Shown: piece by piece, positions 61,297-64,000 of the stretch
How the letters are laid out: each line of letters starts with the position of its first letter
How positions within the stretch are numbered: position 1 is the stretch's first letter
Assembly (NCBI RefSeq): GCF_964355755.1
Contig: NC_092680.1
Coordinates: forward strand, 9,424,001 to 9,488,000
From: Antedon mediterranea
Taxonomy: Eukaryota > Animalia > Echinodermata
Reading direction: 5' to 3'
Length of the DNA: 64,000 nucleotides
Program-made: the position numbers and the translations under genes
Notes under the pieces: generated by a model
Database searches by the model: none
Told to the model about the DNA's origin: nothing
The model's input: only the letters and a program-made list of their open reading frames with translations

Positions 61297-63945
61297 GAGC
61301 AGTTGTCTATATATATGGACCTTTAGGTGGCCAATGAAAAAAATATATTCCCTTCAAAATTTGCACAGTGAAAGAAGTTTTGTTGAAACATGCACAGATA
61401 AAATTATTTTGGATATCTGTATCTATTTGCCATAGTAACAGACATTTTTAAAATTACAGTATTTTCTTGTAATTTTTCTATTATTTTACTATAACATAAG
61501 GTAAATGTTTATTTCAATAGCACTGATTGTCGAAATTTAATTTTACTTTTAATACAAGATGATGAAAGACTTATAAAACAAACTGAAAGCAAAACATTGT
61601 TGGTCAGGCATGGGAATGAACCGTACCATTTATTTCCAATTTTGGCCAAAGTTTGGAGATTCACAACGTCTATGGTAACACTTTAATTGCGTTGTTCTTG
61701 ATTATATAAAATGGGTAATATATTTTTGTTAAACTGATATAATTTTGTATTTTTCTGATTCAGTATATGCTATTTTGTAAGGTACAGGAAATGGCATACA
61801 AATTGAACTGAATTTAAATTAAATCAAATATTAAAACCCAAATGTAGAGCAGACATTACTCTATACATTGGTATAAAGAATTAAATGTTTGAGCAAGAAA
61901 AAATGTAGGCCTACTTATGGCTATACGTATTACACACTACCCCATGCCAACATTGTTTAAAAATCTATAACTGATTGTTTTGCTAACTTGTGTACGTAGC
62001 TTATTCATAGACAAACATGTACATAACGATGCTTAAATAAAGAGTATATGCCTATCATATTATATATGAGTAATTTTAGATATTTTTTATAAAATAATAG
62101 TCTTGCATATTCTAAAATATATTTACATGTTTTAGATACGGAAATTTTCATTATTTAAAAAAAAAACTTTCTAATCAAATGAAGACTAGTAGACATTGCT
62201 CTATAACATTGATATAAAAAACACATTATGAGCAAGGAGAACTGCACTTATACATATTTGTATTAAACCTACTTCAATATTGTCCAAACATCTGGAACTG
62301 ATTGTAATTGAAAATGCGTTAAAATCCCACCTAATGGATGATGAGAATATTTTAACATCGATTTTTTGTGTTCATTGGATATAGGTTGGCCTGTATATTA
62401 TAACATACCAAAAATGTACGCAGTGTGGACCTCTCCAAGCCCATGGACTAATAAGAGTTTGTTTTTACACCATTCCATACTTGTACATCATATTCATAAT
62501 CCTGCTTCTACATCTTAACAATTATTTCCTTGTCTCTTTCCTTGACTTGTAACCCGTTTTGACTTTCACTACTTCAGTAGCTCAAACCTGTGGCCATGTC
62601 AAAATATCAGTCTGTGCAATGCTATCCAACAACTTGATAGCCTTGGTATGTGTTCTTTCCAGATGAAATTTTCTTTAAGTTGTGTCCTTCCATCATAATC
62701 GTATCAGCTTTCTATAAATATATTGAGCTGGATGGAACAACCCGGTTGTACCATGTACTTCAGTAGCCACACTTTTTCAAATGATTTTAATAAAATTCTC
62801 TACTGCCAAATTCCATACCAGTACAACAGTCACTATAACTGTTATCTAATCGGATACATAAAGTATAGTTACGTTAATAATTGACAATCCGTTTCTTTTT
62901 TTCATTCATTCATTTATTTATTCAGGGGTTGCGACAGCAACAATGCGCTATAACACAAGAGTGTCCGTTCATTGAAAAACTATTTTATATTTTCAAACAA
63001 GTTATTAACAAAGTAATTATTTCGCTTATAAAAAATAAAAATAAAGAAACCCATTGCTTTCCAGACTAATAAAAGTTCTTTAAATAATAATTAAATAATG
63101 TTTCGTTTCTATCAAAATGTTTTGTCAAAGGGAATGACTATTATGTGACATTAAAGTGGCTTAGTCAATAATTTAAAAAAGTATGGGTTTATTTAAGCCT
63201 TTGACTTTGTGTCTCCAGAAGAAAGAAAATATGAAATGTTATTTTGAATCTTTAAGATCACATTTATATTTATACTTAATACATTCTTATTCAAAATATT
63301 CGAGTTTAAGATATACCACAATTTTATATAGTGTAATGAAATGATCTTTGACCTAGACTCCATAGGCACAATTGTATTTGTTATTCTGAATCTTAGGATC
63401 ATGTTTATTGTGTTTAATGCATTTTTATACAAAATACTTAGTGGTTAAAAAGATAATTGAACAAGTTTTCAAATGGCAGCTATTTTGTATTATGAATATT
63501 AGGAATTACTAATAGACAACTCAGGATAGATATTGGAATATATAGGCATATATGTTTTAAAACATGTTTTCCATTTTTTTTTGTACTGAAAAAGCTATAC
63601 CACATACATCTGTATATTACAAGTAAATGTAAATTTCAACCATTTATCTAGAAACCTGCAGTACACAAAAATTACATGATTACCCACGATAAATATTACA
63701 AAAATAGATCTCACAAAAACAATTCGCAAATTCTTTTTCGTTTTTCGTAGGTGCCATATCATTAATTGAGGGCAAAATTCACGTGCCAAAATCGTAACAT
63801 TTGCTATGTTTTTTTGGGAAAACATCACACACAATTTTTCTCCAAAAATATTTAATTTTTTTGATTGATTAACCGAAGTATGAAGAAAATCCATTTATTT
63901 GTTTGTACTTATTAAATGAAATAGGTCCATGGTAGTCAACCGCTC
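61297..63945. mobile_element. 2.65-kb TIR DNA transposon relic flanked by TTAA
   Basis: ttaa|gagcagttgtctat...atggacct and aggtccatggtagtcaaccgctc|ttaa; decayed coding-like sequence at ~62390-62830 on the minus strand. Confidence 0.6.
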
Positions 63946-64000
63946 TTAAATATTAACATAATGATATTAAAAAAACTCTATTCAATATCAGGTAGTAAGC

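Overview
This is AT-rich, intron-rich eukaryotic DNA from an invertebrate metazoan. An echinoderm-like source is my inference from composition and repeat types only. Five spliced genes can be reconstructed by hand. (1) The last two coding exons of a RIT1/RIT2-type Ras GTPase (+, 6035-6695). (2) A complete 31-exon Integrator subunit 3 gene (INTS3/SOSS-A, +, 19021-41882, 1018 aa, all introns GT-AG with consistent phases). (3) Mitochondrial ribosomal protein S16 (-, 44532-48013). (4) A C18orf32/UPF0729 small protein (+, 51415-52064). (5) A secreted C-type lectin with a Cys-rich tail (-, 54781-58910). The rest holds three minisatellites, a ~2.5-kb foldback palindrome just upstream of INTS3, MITEs, HINE/Helentron-like elements, tRNA-derived SINEs and decayed LINEs, often nested. 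Most ORFs in the supplied track are spurious. The most interesting unexplained signal is a set of GC-richer, non-transposon islands in INTS3 introns 14-19, 24 and 28-30. They form local hairpins, share motifs and are complementary to each other across exons, up to ~10 kb apart. This is a candidate long-range RNA-structure network controlling INTS3 splicing, but it was found by eye and needs covariation and shuffling tests.
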